Assembly: GCF_004010195.1 (NCBI RefSeq)
Contig: NC_057720.1
Location: 72,530,893-72,594,892 of the forward strand
Length of the DNA stretch: 64,000 nucleotides
Source of the DNA: Chiloscyllium plagiosum
Lineage: Eukaryota
Direction: 5' to 3'
Part shown: positions 38,466-51,330 of the stretch, in pieces
Position numbering within the stretch: the first letter of the stretch is position 1
Layout of the letters: each line of letters opens with the position of its first letter
Translations under genes and position numbers: made by a program
Notes under the pieces: model-generated
Told to the model about the DNA's origin: nothing
Seen by the model: only the letters and a program-made list of their open reading frames with translations
The model's database searches: none

Positions 38466-39669
38466 AATTGGGATCTCTTACCAATCTTTCCATTTCAAAT
38501 GTTGCTAGTTGACATTTTTCCTGATTATTCTAAGCTGCTTTCTGTTTTATGCTAATATATAGAATAATTGTTGAGTGTGTGTAGTGTGCTGTAGTTTCAG
38601 GTTTTTCTCTGTTGTATTTAGAGTGGTAATGGGAGTCATGGGTATAATTGATTCATCACATTAATGACAAGAGGTATTGTTAGTGGGAACTTGCAGATAA
38701 TTTTCGGTTTAATCTGTTGAAACATGGGTAATATTTTTTATTTTGCTCAACTATTGTCTGTTAAATTTTGAATTGATAAGTTACTAAAGTGATTACATGC
38801 TCATGGGAAAATATTTACTCAATTTGGGAGGAACCAACTCCTACAAAAGTTGAATTTTCAGAAGACATGTTTTATGCATTGAATGAAAGCATTCAATTAT
38901 AATTTTCTTATTATTTAATAGTACAAAATTTAAAATGCTCTTGTAGAAGTTGCCCTAGCAGCCAAAACTATAGAAATAAAATGATTAAGTAAATTAAGGA
39001 CATCAAGCACTGGAACAGTAAAAGAAAGTAGTCAGACTTAGTATTCATTATTGTATGGTATGTATGGTAAGTGAGATCATGTTTTACATCTTGGATAAAG
39101 AAATGAACAGTAAGTTCTTAATGATGAGCAATGACTAAAACTCCATTAATGATACCAAGTCTCCAATACCTCTATTTTGTGTTAATTTTGATTTGACAGT
39201 GTAGTCATGAAACTTCTACTACAATTCCAATGTTTACTTTTCCTCATGACAGGATCCTCAAAAATGCCTGTTCTCCCATTGTTCTGCTCTCATTCCTTCG
39301 CCTCCCTCTCAGAACTACAAAAAGGATTCTTTAGTGCTTACCTTCCTCCAGCCTGATCCACAGATTATTTCTAAACACCTCATTGCTGGCACGTCTTCCT
39401 TCCTATTCCTTTCACCATTCTCCTGGATCAGTTTTGTTCTGTTTTTCTTGAGTTCCTATGCTCCTGTATTTCTAATAGAGGACCATAGATTTCTGGAGTG
39501 GTCTACAGCATCATGGGGTAGAGTGGGTAAAAGGCATCAAAATGTTCAAACTTTGATAACCGTATTGAGTTCTTGGGGAGATTCATTGGGCTGAATGGCC
39601 TGCTTCTTTTCTATGACACCCTGGTCCACTCTTCAGTCACTCTAACACTGCAGCATGAACTATGACAAT

Positions 39670-40420
39670 CTTCCATCTAAGTGCAGGAGATATGATACCT
39701 GGTAAATCATCTCATCTTTTTCTGTCTTCCATGGCCTGAAACGTACCTCTAAGTGGAACAGTGATTTACATGTTTGCTTCTTCCAAAGTAGTGTATTTTA
39801 TTCATTCCCGCCCCACCCCGTCTCATCGACACTGGGAAGGCTAAACACATTGGGTAATCCCTTGTGGAACACCTCCACTGTATCTGTAAATGCAATCATT
39901 CCCTCACCTATCATTTTAATTCTCCACCTCTTTGACCTTTTTGTTCTCAGTCTCCTACTCTAGTTTAATAAATGTTGTTATAAGTTTGAGGAAGAGCATG
40001 TTATCTTTGCTTAGGCTCTTTTGAGCCTACTGCTTTTAACAATTTTAGGTCCTTACCTCTGCCTTCCCCTTTTTGTCTGATGATAGCTGTAGGTGGTGAT
40101 TTTTGCTTTCCCAATGGACCTCTCCTTTAGACACACCTTTTTGTTTCTTTATTGCCCACATACAATATTCCTTTCATCATTTAATGTCCACCTTTCTCCA
40201 CATCTTAAATCTTTTCTCCAATATTTTCTTACCCCAGCCCCTTTCTCTATCTCTCTACTTTGTTCGAGTGTCTCTAACATTTTCCAGTTCTGGTGAAAGA
40301 TCATGGACCTGAAATTTGAGTTCTGTTTCTCATTCATTGATACTGCCTTACCCACTGAATACATGCAACGTTTTCTGTTTCCATTTCAGATTTCCAGTAT
40401 CGAATGTATTTTGCTTTTAA
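39670..40420 (+). mobile_element. Very old Penelope-like 3' fragment (GIY-YIG remnant + pLTR with degenerate hammerhead at ~40290-40316)
   Basis: gatttacatgt...gtagtgtattttattc...gtggaacacctcc...catttaattctcc...gaggaagagcatgttatcttt parallels the 14.4-14.8 kb ORF. ctggtgaaagatcatggacctgaaat is a decayed core. Confidence 0.6.
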
Positions 40421-40630
40421 GTGTTACCAGTGACCTTTCCATTTTCTGTAGTTACTAATGTCCCCTTTGATGTATCTGAATAACAAAAGTAACTTTAATC
40501 CAAATTTGTCTGGTGAATAAATCACATCAGCTGTCCATTTTATTAATGGATTTCATATTCACTTGTTTTAAATTGAAAATGAAGTCATGGCTAGTGTGTG
40601 AAACTTTACATGTTCTGATTGCATCGCTTT

Positions 40631-40946
40631 GGATGGCACGGTGGCACAGTGGTTAGCAATGCTGCCTCACAGCGCCAGAGACCCGGGTTCAATTCCCGCC
40701 TCAGGTGACTGACTGGGTGGAGTTTGCACATTCTCCCCGTGTCTGCGTGGGTTTCCTCCGGGTGCTCCGGTTTCCTCCCACAGTCCAAAGATGTGCAGGT
40801 CAGGTGAATTGGCCATGCTAAATTGCCCATAGTGTTAGGTAATGGGTAAATGTAGGGGTATGGGTGGGTTGCACTTCGGTGGGTCGGTGTGGACTTGTTG
40901 AGCCGAAGGGCCTGTTTCCACACTGTAATGTAATCTAATCTAATCT
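40631..40946 (+). mobile_element. HE1-type V-SINE, full-length
   Basis: Near-identical to the copy at 10913. Confidence 0.95.
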
Positions 40947-41093
40947 TAACCCACAGGGTTAATTAAGATTAACCCTGTTATTTTTCCCGAATGTGTATTT
41001 CACAACTTTTGTAAACCTTGAACTTTTACTGCCTTTTAAAGTCCTGTTTGGAAGTCTCAGTAAAAATAGATTAGAGTTCTTCATCTTGGAGTT

Positions 41094-41160
41094 GAGAATG
41101 TGGTGCTGGAAAGGCACAGCAGGTCAGGCAGCATCCGAGGAGCAGGAGAAAAGCCCTTCC
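41094..41160 (-). mobile_element. 67-bp Penelope pLTR-derived insertion with perfect 13-bp TSD
   Basis: TSD tcatcttggagtt at 41081-41093 and 41161-41173. Confidence 0.9.
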
Positions 41161-42309
41161 TCATCTTGGAGTTTTATTTTCTCAAGAATTGATACAAATT
41201 CATTTAAAAAGGAATTAAATTAAAATTAAAATTTAAAAGAAAAACTGAATCTTCTTCATGGTCACACAAAATCAACAAACAACAAATCCTGCAAGGTTAT
41301 GCCTGTCTTATTTGTTTGATCTATCGATATTGTTGTAAATTGGTTGTACAATACCTTGAATGTACAGAAGGCTGCTGATAATGCGAACTGCTGTGAAGGC
41401 TACAGCCACAATAAATGTTAAATGATAAGAAGTTCATAATCTTTAAAAATGCCCTTGTTTGATATATGCAACAATATCAATTGCATCACTTTTTTCAAGT
41501 GCAAATCATGTGATGATGGTTTGCTCTGTGGTGAACAACTTTGTTAAGCATTGCTTGGTGGAGCTCAGGAACCTCAGTCTCACTGTGTCTGCTACGTTTA
41601 CTGTGGAGGTTTACAGTGGGCTGCGATCCAGGATTCACTGGCCTCTGTTTTCTTTGGTTCCTCATCGTGGTCACTGAACTTTATATTTCTGTTCCTCTCC
41701 TCCAAGGCCCTTCCAAACAGACTCCAAAGCTGACCACAGCCAACAACTGCTTCCCTCTTGTCTGGATCAATGTCTATCATCTTCAAACCTCATCTCGTAG
41801 CAGAGGTATAAGTATCCTAGTGGCCAGTTCAGGTGCACAAGCCTTTTGGGGACACAGCCTTCATCCATGTAATGAAGAAGAAGGAGCCAGTGCAGAGATT
41901 GCAGCTCAGCATTAGCAAATGTGATTAGCATACTCAAATGTTCTCTGCTAAGAAATGGTGACGTTACATCTGAGAGAAAGGGAATTGGAAACAGTTCAGC
42001 CTTTTCTACCACCCAGCATGTGTGGTCCAGGGTTCACCACAATGAATGATCGTGGAGAAAGGGGCTGGGAAAACTTGCAGCTTAGTGTTTTCTGTTGAGT
42101 TGTTGTTCCATACTCTCCTAAACATGTCTTCATATACGCAAGATATTAAAAATGTCACAACTCAGTGCTATGAGTCAAGAAATTAATATTGGCTCAAATA
42201 GCTGGTGATTCACAGATAAGAAGTCCAATACCCAGCAGCTGGAAGCAAAGTCTATTAGCAGTGTAGCTCCAAAGCCAAACCTCCAGCATTGAGATACTCA
42301 TGACGACGA

Positions 42310-43050
42310 CTTATCCATTTGTGGGATGTGGGCATCGTTGGCTGGCCAGCATTTATTGCCCGTCCCTAGTTGCCCTTGAGAAGGTGGTTGTGAACTGCCT
42401 TCTTGAACCGCTACAGTCCCTCTGGTATGGGTTGATCCACAATGTCATTAGGAAGGGCACTCCAGGACATTGACCCAGCAATAGTGAAGGAATGCTGATA
42501 TATTTCTAAGTCAGGATGGTGAGTGGCTGGAGGGAACGTTGATGATAAGGTGTTCCCAAGTATCTGTTGATTTTCACTTTTTAGATGGAAGTGGTCGTGG
42601 ATTTGGAAGATGCTGTCTGATTACCTTTGGTGAATTTCTGCAGTGAATCTTGTAGGCAGTACACACCGCTGCTACTGAGTGTAGTGGATGCTTGTGGATG
42701 TGGTTCCAATCAAGCAGGGTGCTTTATCCTGTATGGTGTCAAGTTGGTGGAGCTGCATCCTTCCAGGCAAGTGGGGAGTATTCCATCATATTCCTGAATA
42801 GTGTCTTGTAGATGATGAACAGGATCTGGGGAGTCAGGAGGTGAGTTACTCACCACAGTATTCCTAATTTCTGACCTGCCCTTGTAGCCACTGTGTTTGT
42901 GACAAGTCCAGTCGAGATTTTGGTCAATGACAATCCCGAGAGTCCCAGTGGGGGATTCAGTGATAGTAACATCATTGAATGTCAAGGGGCAGACTTACAT
43001 TGTTTCTTCATGGTGATGGTCATAGCTTGGCATTTGTGGAGTACGAATAT
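42310..43050 (-). mobile_element. CR1/L2-group LINE 3' region (second family)
   Basis: gggatgtgggcatcgttggctggccagcatttattgcccgtccctagttgcccttgagaaggtgg 3' end; ITESPTGTLGIVIDQNLDWTCH. Confidence 0.82.
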
Positions 43051-43422
43051 AACTTAAAATCAGTTTCTCTGGCAGAGCATATCATTTGTCAATCTGATAG
43101 CAGTCTCCTGATGGAGATGCCCTCTTCAGAGCACTGCACAGGAACACATTATCGGGTATGTAACATGGCATCACTGAGGAGGTCAAACATGTCATCCCAG
43201 AACCCATCGACTGGAGTGGGAACATCATTGTAAACCGTAAGCAACTGCCTCAAAAAGAGGAGAAGAATCAAGTATTCAAATGACTAAATAGGAATAACTC
43301 AAACAATAAAAAAAATCAATAAAGATTTAGCAAAGCTGGACAATCAAGAACCTCAATCTTTTATTCAAAGTGACTAATGATAAACCATTAAATTGTGGTT
43401 TTAAATGCCTTTACTAAATTGT

Positions 43423-43520
43423 GACTCTCCTGGAACTCGGATGCTGCCTGACCTGCTGTGCTTTTCCAGCACCATCCTTTTTGATTCTGACTCTCCAGCA
43501 TCTGCAGTCCTCACTTTCTC
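43423..43520 (+). mobile_element. Penelope pLTR-derived insertion beginning at the predicted hammerhead cleavage site; 9-bp TSD
   Basis: TSD ctaaattgt at 43414-43422 and 43521-43529. Body gactctcc...ggatgctgcctgacctgctgtgcttttccagca...cactttctc. Confidence 0.85.
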
Positions 43521-43549
43521 CTAAATTGTAAGGACGCAAGGGAGAAGAG

Positions 43550-44420
43550 CAGAGGCAGGTATTGGTCATTTGGCCTTATGAGCTGCTTTGCCGTACACGA
43601 AGATGATGAGTGATTTAGTTGAGGCCTTAACTATACTTTTTTGCAGCCTGTCATAACCCTTCAACTTCCTTGTCAATCTACAAATCTGTCAGATTTGACC
43701 TTGAATAGATTCAAAGGTTCCAGCCTCCAGAATTTACTGGGGATCAGAATTCTCTGGCAGAAGTTCTTCCTTCACCCTGCCTAAAATGGCTGAGCCTTGT
43801 TTTGAACCTCTGCTTCCTAGTTCAAGGTTCCTCCACACTAATGCAAGTGTCTCCCCTCTGGGAATCTACCCTGTCAGACAATGTGAAATTATTGAAAAGT
43901 TTAGCAGTGGAGGGAGATCATTTAGCTCATTAAGTCCTACTGGCTCTTTTCAAGAATAATTGAGTTGGTCCCATTCCCTGTATCTTCCTTTGTCAAATGC
44001 TTTTCCAAATTTCTTATGAAGTCTCCAACTGAATCAGCATTCACCATCTTATCAAGGAGTACATTCTACTCCAGGAGTGAATCCGATTCTGTCTGTTGTT
44101 GCAGTAATTGGTTTTTCTTCCTACGATGTCCAATTCTTTTGACAATCGCCATAAAAACTGTGTCCTCTGGTAATTGTGTCTCCACCCATTGGAAATCGTT
44201 TCACATCACTTTCTCAATCTAGACCAGTCTTGGTTTTAAATGCCTTTATTAAACCGTTAACCTTCTCTGCTTTTGAGAATATTCCCAGTTCTCCAATCTA
44301 CCCTTGCAATCCTTCTTTCCTGGGAAACATTCAAACAAATCTCTCCTGCACCATCTCCAAAACCTAAGCTTCTTTCTAAAGTAAGTTGTCGATATCTGGA
44401 TACAACACTCCCCATGCCAT
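43550..44420 (-). mobile_element. Degraded CR1-like 3' fragments (two)
   Basis: Antisense CR1 3' UTR and ORF2 C-terminal signatures. Confidence 0.55.
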
Positions 44421-46984
44421 AAAAATAAAGATCTCATTGTGGGATGTCCAAATTCACAATCTATCCTTAACACCAACTAATTAAAATGAATGAAAGTTGC
44501 CATCACCAAGAAATTAGAGATCTCTGTTGTGTTCTTTTCTTTGCTCAGTTGTGAGTATATCATTTCATACGTGTAAAGAATTGCTCCATTCTGGCAAACA
44601 AATGTCAATGCACTTAGCAATGAAGTTGGTTGTTGAATGTTAGTAATGCCTGCAAGTAGTTTCACTTTGAATCAGCACGTTTTCCCTATCGATTTTCAGA
44701 TAGAATTTAAACTTTCAATTGGGCCTTGGTTCTGGATTTTCAAGATGCTGTGGGGAATTATTTTTTGCCAATGAGAGCGATCCATCATGGATGTTTTAGT
44801 TTTCATTGTGTGGCTGTCAAATTATACAACAGCATACTGTGAAAAATGAGCAAAAACATTTACAAATAACAAAGTTTTGGCACCAGCACTGGCTAGAAAT
44901 TCATTTCTTGCATTACTTTATATAGCATACACTTTGTTCAGAACTGCGATTTTTCTTTTGAGGTAAGTTGTTTATTTCTGTTGTTGTGGGCAGAGGAAAT
45001 GTTTATGAAATGTATAGCTGGCATTATCCATAAACACAGCACTACATTTTCCACATATATTAGTGACTCTGATCTCTATCGCAACCATCGCCTTGCTCAA
45101 ATTTTTTACTGTCTCTAATTTGTTACATTGCTGGCATTCCTCTCTCTCAGTCAAATGTGTGAGGCTGAAGCAGACTGTCTCAGCTCTGGTGTCATACTTA
45201 ATGCTGAGTTGAGCTTTTAACTATATATCCCCTCTCTCATCAAACCTGCCTACACCCACCTCAGTCGCATCACCTAATGTTATCACTGTCAGACTTCCTT
45301 TTGCTGCAAATGGTTTTACTACCTCTCGACCTGATGGTTGTGACATCCTTTCAGCAATCGTTCACTTTGTTGTCCATCTCTGAGAGGCAACAGTAAATGC
45401 ATGGATGAAGATACAGTGGAGACCCTTGGGACCCTTTATAAAACCAGAATTGATTTATTAAGTATTAAACGAATAACACACACTTTTAACCATGAGAGCT
45501 ATCTCAATGACTGTCTTTCATGACCCTGATTTCTGAAAGTACACCCAAACCTTATGACCTGGGAGAGTTGGCAGCTAGCCAGGCTGGAACTTGCTTGATG
45601 TCTTCACCATGCCTCCTGATGTAGGGTGCTTCTTGCAACGTTAATCTTTGAAGTACTGCTGAATAAAGAGATTTCTTCATGCTCTTCATACGCAAGTCTT
45701 TATGCCAAGTGTGTGCCTTACTTGAAATTGTCTGTGCACGTGACCAATCCTGAATGTTTTGTCCAAATGTGTGCCTTATTTGGCACAGATAGTCGTTACT
45801 GCTTTTCCTGCAATCTTAGCTCTTTGCAGACCTGACTGCCTCATCGTAATTCCATTCACGTAACAGCCCATTGTAAAGCCTCTTATCAATTCCTGTTATC
45901 TTCAGCCTTATACAACAACTTGTCATAAACTCGAGTTTCTCCAAATCTGCTGCCTGTATCCTAAATCATACTGAGTCTTTTTCATATAGCACCCCTATGC
46001 TTATTCTCCTTTTCCTTTGATCTGGCACCACCTCAAAGCTCCATAAATATAGTTACTGTAGTGTAAGAGCATCAGGACCCTGGACCAATTGTGCGGTGAT
46101 GCTATGGAATTGCACATCACTGACTATAAACGTGTGAGCACAGTTAGAACAGCCATTACAGCCAACTCTCTGGAGTACTCCCAGGCACAAGAGGATGAGT
46201 ACACAAAGAAGATACATCAGGACCATGCCTAATGTATCCATAGCGTCATAATCTGGTATGTCATTGATCGACATGTATAACAGTATTTATTATTAATGTA
46301 TAATAAATAGTATTACTTTGAAGTTTATGCCTGAAGACAGTTATTGGCTTGGCTTTCTCCTCACCCAGTCTGCCTTGACCCCAAATTCCTTGTGTAGCAT
46401 TAAACTGTATGAGAAAATCGTGACAATGATTTCAACAGAGCTGGAAATCTGTTGGGGATTAGCAGAGAGGCAAAGTATTTTTTTGGTCACATAAATAATT
46501 GAGATGAACAAGGATGATGTTGAGGCAGACAGGGAAATGAGTAACTGAAGTATTTAAAGAATATCACCAATCTTTCATGAAGGTACAGCAAAAATGAATT
46601 TTACGCATGTCTGTGAGAACTTAATAATTGCCCTGAAGCATGCTTTATAAAGTGAAAGATAATTAATATTTTAATCAAGAAAGACCTATTTTATATTAGT
46701 AAAATATTTTTCTGGAGCAAGTTGAAATGATGAACTACTGTTCTGTTAAATCTGTGACAGGATGGCAGCAAACATGCAACATCAATAAATCTTCAATTTA
46801 TATAGCACCTTTTACAATATGAAAACATTTCAAGGTATTTCACAGGTACATCAGAAGATAAGATTCAACTGTGAGCCTATGAAGGATATATTAAGAAGGG
46901 TGTCAAAAACCATAGTTAAGGAAGGAAACCTTAAGGTCAGTGTTTAAAGAGAAGATATGGTTAAAAAATCCAGAGCTTAGAAAT

Positions 46985-47670
46985 CGAAGCAGGAATAGGC
47001 CATATGATCCCTTGAGCCTGCTTCGCTGTTCAATGAGAACATGGCTGAACTTTGAATGAGCTCCTTTATCCTGTCTTGTCCCCATATTTCTAGATTCTCT
47101 TAGTTCATAAAATGTGTCAAATTCTGGCTTGAAGTACCGAGTGACTGGGCATCCACAGCCCTCTGGGATAGAAAATTCCAAAGATTGACCATGTAGCTTT
47201 CAGTGAAGAAAAATGTATTTTTTTTATTCATTCATGAGGTGCGGGTGTCACTGGGCCAGCATTTAGTGTCCATCCTGAGATCCCCTTGAGAAGGTGGTGG
47301 TTCTCATTCCTAACCTCCGTAGCCTTTGCTTTGAGTCTACGAGTTTTCACGTTTCCAGTTTGGGCAATAAAGAATTTTGTACATTTCAATCTACTCAACT
47401 ATTACTCTGTAAACCTCAATGAACGTTGGCCCATTCTTCTTCACTTATCTAACAAGAGAGCCTTCTAGTCAAGGAAATTATTCAAGTCAAACCTTTATTA
47501 TTTATCCATGAAGGGAAGTAAATACTCTCTCAGATAAGGAGAGTGTACCCAGAACTCCAGGTGTGATCACATCAAAGCCCTTTATATTGCAGGGAGACTT
47601 TGTTACTATTGTGTTCCCTCTGTAATAAAATCTAACCATACCATATCATGCCTTGCTCATTGCTTAATCT
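46985..47670 (-). mobile_element. Degraded CR1-like 3' fragment with a nested second-family LINE tail (47220-47330)
   Basis: gaagcaggaataggccatatgatcccttgagcctgct and ttttattcattcatgaggtgcgggtgtcactgggccagcattt. Confidence 0.65.
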
Positions 47671-48041
47671 ATCTTATAAGTCTATGTCTTTTTATTTTTG
47701 TGCTTTTGAAATTGCAAGTTGAAATAAGAAGAACTGTTCAAAACCCAATATTTTGAAAGGATGGCTGCATGTTTTAGCAGTATGTAACTTGACACCCATG
47801 GCAAGCATTGTAAATAATGGTTTGAACAAGCAATATTTAACGTGCTGGCAGAGGAACTGGAGCTGAGGCTTAGTGTACAGTTGCAGCTGGTTGCTGGGGT
47901 GCAATGAAAAGTTGATTGGCCTATGGAGTAGTGATCGGTTGTCGATGGCAAAAATCTTTTGCTTGCCAAAATCCGCGTGATTGGTTGAAACGTGACCGAA
48001 CAGTTTGGAGCTAGGAGCAAATTAGAGAGAGGATTTGATCT

Positions 48042-48270
48042 CCCCAGGTACCCCGGTTTCCTCCCACAGTCCTAAGTGTGTAGATTAGGTGAATTGGCCA
48101 TGCTAAATTGCCCATAGTGTTCAGGGATGTGTAGGTTAGGTGTGTTAGTCATGGGTAAATATATAGTAATAGGGTAGGAGAATCGGTCTGGGTGGCTTAC
48201 TCTTCGGAGGGTAGGTGTGGACATGTTGGGCCAAATGGCCTGTTTCCACACTGCAGGGATTCTATGATTC
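48042..48270 (+). mobile_element. 5'-truncated HE1-type V-SINE
   Basis: V-domain 3' part and tail. Confidence 0.85.
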
Positions 48271-48279
48271 CACCAAGTC

Positions 48280-48837
48280 AGAAACAATCTCTCTGTTCTC
48301 TGCAGTCAAAACTCACTTTAAAACCTGAAAAATACAAGTTCATCTTGCTTCAGCAGTTGCTGTAGGCTGTGACTTTTAATAAAAAATCAGAAAAATTTTT
48401 CAAATGACCCTGTCCTTCTCTACCTTTTAGAAATGAGCCCAAACATTTAGAAAACTTTCAGGTCAGCAGGAACCAACTCAGCACAAATTGGGGAACAAAA
48501 GCTATTGAAATGTATTTCCATTTTATTCCCCTCCGTCCATGTGTCTTTCTTCATGTCTGTACATCTGTCTTTGCCTGTGTAAGAGGGCAGTTCATAAAGG
48601 CATTACGGTTTCAATTTATAGTATTAGCAAGATACAACTGTTTACTAGTCTAATGTTTTATCATAAATAATAATTCTTCTTAAGTACAGACAACTGGTCC
48701 GTGCTTTCTATCAACCTGGGTTTGAAATTGAGGTGAACTGGGAAATTTTGCTTTTTGAAAGATGTCTTTAGCTTTTGTGATGACTGTAGGAATAGCAGGG
48801 CTTGGTTTCCAGTGCACTACTCCAAGGAATTGTGACA
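48280..48837 (+). mobile_element. Possible old LTR remnant
   Basis: LTR-like composition ending in tgtgaCA. No TSD or 5' end found. Confidence 0.3.
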
Positions 48838-49864
48838 ATCGACATACTAAGTTTCTAAGAGTTTGTGGATAACGGACACTCAAATATCTGTGAATTTCAA
48901 CATTCACCAGCTCTCATTGACCAAGACAATGGTATGGACAGCTTTTGCCAAGTTTTCAAAGAAATCAATTAAAATGAGGGGTAGCACTCCACAATTACAA
49001 CATACAGGTTAGATCATTTGGACTTATAATATAGACCATTTCTCAATGCTCATGCAGCTCAGTAACCTGTTTGGAGAGATATGACATTAGGTGAAGAGAA
49101 AGATAACAAGGTTGAATATACTCTAGTACTTTGGAAAGGAAAGGCAGACTGGTGATGGAGCAGTGGTTTCCAACAATGGAGGGGTAGAGGTGATTTTTGT
49201 CTTTCAAGAGGAAGTTGACGAATGCAGTTTTGTGGAAAAGGGGGTAAATATCCTGGCAGAAGTACTATTCAAACTGTCATAAGGAGAAACGGACTGGTCT
49301 GCAGTTTAATGAGAATAGGCCCAAGAGCTGGATCTCACAGAAAGAAGAACAATGATGTAAGTGTAGAGGTTAAGTCAAGTGGGGTGGGGTGAGGTTTTTT
49401 GCAGGAATCTCAGATGAATGAGCAAAGGAGCCTCTCACAACTGAGCTTGGAATTGAAGGTGAAAAGACAGCGGAGAAGAGTTTGAGGTGGTTGTTATTGG
49501 AAGAAAGAAGCCATGGTTTGCTCTGCATTGCAGGTAGATCTGGCCCAGGGGACAGTTTTGCCAGGCGTTTCAGAAAGTCTCGGGACAAATTGTAAAGCCA
49601 GTTGCGCTTTGTACGTGTTCAACTCTGTAGCCCTTGGATTTCATTACACACTGCACTTTCAGGCTACCTGTGAGTAATATGGTGCAACATGTTCTGGTCA
49701 GTCACAAAATGGGCTGGGTTTTCCCAGTCTCTGCTTTATGAGATGGAAGCTGGGTCCTGGGAAAAAGTGGGAGCTGTGTTAGGCAGATGAATGAAAGTGG
49801 GGAGTTAATTGAAATCATTAAGTTCCAAATTAGTCATGCCATTTGCCAATGGAAGAATGGCTGC

Positions 49865-50061
49865 CACCCACTTTGCCCCCAGCCCCATCCACCTCCCTCT
49901 TTTTTTCGCAGCCCCTTTCCCCTCCCCCAGTCCTGATGAAAGGTTCCGACCTGAAATGTCAACTCGCCTTCTCCTCAGATGCTGCTTGCCTTGTTGTGCT
50001 TTTTCTAGCTCCACTCTTCATCCACTCTGACTCTGTAGCATCTGCAATCCTCACTACCTCC
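49865..50061 (+). mobile_element. Penelope pLTR fragment with hammerhead core at 49929-49964
   Basis: agtc-CTGATGA-A-aggt-tccg-acct-GAAATGTC-aact. The deviations are consistent with CpG decay. Confidence 0.82.
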
Positions 50062-50647
50062 AGTGCCAAGATAAAGGTGCAGGCCTCCTGCTTAATCGAG
50101 GCAGTCCATGTTTTAAGGGGGATGTCACTGGCATTGAGGCAGCTGTCCACAATTTAGATGCTGTCACAGGAGTGTCGCAAAGTTTTGTCTCTGGGGTTTT
50201 CCTGCTAGGTCCCTTTAAAATATAGTGTTGATGCTTCTGAGGTGCTTTTGGGGTACTTTCTGAGTTTCCTACCTGCCTCATGCACACCCACTACTCCCAG
50301 TAAGGCTGCAGAGGCTCCACAGATGCTGTCTGTCTGTTTGGGCCAAACACTGGGGGCTTCTCCCCACGCTATGCTTCACTGGGCAGTGAGGTAATGTGCC
50401 CTACTACCCTTCCCCACAGTGAGGAGGAGTCTGTTGCAATACCCCTGTGCCCATCTGACACGTTTAGGCTCAAGAGCTCCACTTAGTCACCATGTTCCCA
50501 GGCAAAAACTCAGCCCAAGATGTTTACTGATCTTATTTATGAGTTGGACCTCAATCTATTTATCAATTTTCTAGATATCTATGGTCAGAATTTCTCACAG
50601 GTGGTGATGACCCTGACCACTGGCTGGACAATGAGCTAAGTTGTTTG

Positions 50648-50776
50648 TCCTGATGAAGGGCTTTTGCCCGAAACGTCAATTTTACTTCTCCTCGGATGCT
50701 GCCTGAACTGCTGTGCTTTTCCAGCACCACTAATCCAGAATCTGGTTTCCAGCATCTGCAGTCGTCGTTTTTACCA
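50648..50776 (+). mobile_element. Penelope pLTR-derived short element starting with an intact hammerhead core (50650-50677)
   Basis: CTGATGA-A-gggc-tttt-gccc-GAAAC-GTC followed by the pLTR body to ...catctgcagtcgtcgtttttacc. Confidence 0.88.
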
Positions 50777-50814
50777 AGTTTGTATCTGCATGTCATGAGA
50801 CCATTTTCTTTTCT

Positions 50815-51330
50815 TCTATGGGTATTGCTGATAAGATCAGCATTTATTACCCATCCCTGATAAGCCTTAAATTTGGTGGCCGGCCAGGCCATTTCAGAGG
50901 GCAGTTAAGAGAGAACTATGTTTTGCACTGACAAGTAAAGATGGCAATTTTGTTTACCTAAAGAGCATTAAATAGTTTGTTTTCAATTCTAGATTTTATC
51001 AATTAACTGAATTAAAATTCCTCAGTTGGCGTGGTGGGATTTGAACCCATGTTGCCATATAATTAACCAGGAGAAAGTGAGGACTGCAGATGCTGGAGAT
51101 CAGAACTTAAAAATGTGTTGCTGGAAAAGCGCAGCAGGTCAGGCAGCATCAAAGGAACAGGAGAATCGACGTTTCGGGCATAAGCCCTTCCTGAAGAAGA
51201 GCTTATGCCCGAAACGTCGATTCTCCTGTTCCTTTGATGCTGCCTGACCTGCTGCGCTTTTCCAGCAGATAATTAACCAGGACCTCTGAGTTACTAGTCC
51301 ACTGACATGACCGCTGTGTACTGCCATCAC
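50815..51330 (-). mobile_element. tRNA-derived SINE (same family as 7093-7444) interrupted by a PLE-derived hairpin
   Basis: gtggtgggatttgaaccc B-box and ttactagtccactgacatgacc head on either side of the insertion. Confidence 0.7.
51073..51268. mobile_element. Young Penelope-derived palindromic element with 14-bp TSD and hammerhead core
   Basis: TSD ataattaaccagga at 51059-51072 and 51269-51282. 72-bp arms at 51119-51190 and 51196-51267 (1 mismatch, 5-nt loop). CTGAAGA...GAAACGTC at 51191-51218. Confidence 0.95.

Noticed and set aside
40953-40978. 11-bp hairpin acagggttaat-taag-attaaccctgt
   Set aside because: Short and AT-rich, next to a SINE tail; no functional support.
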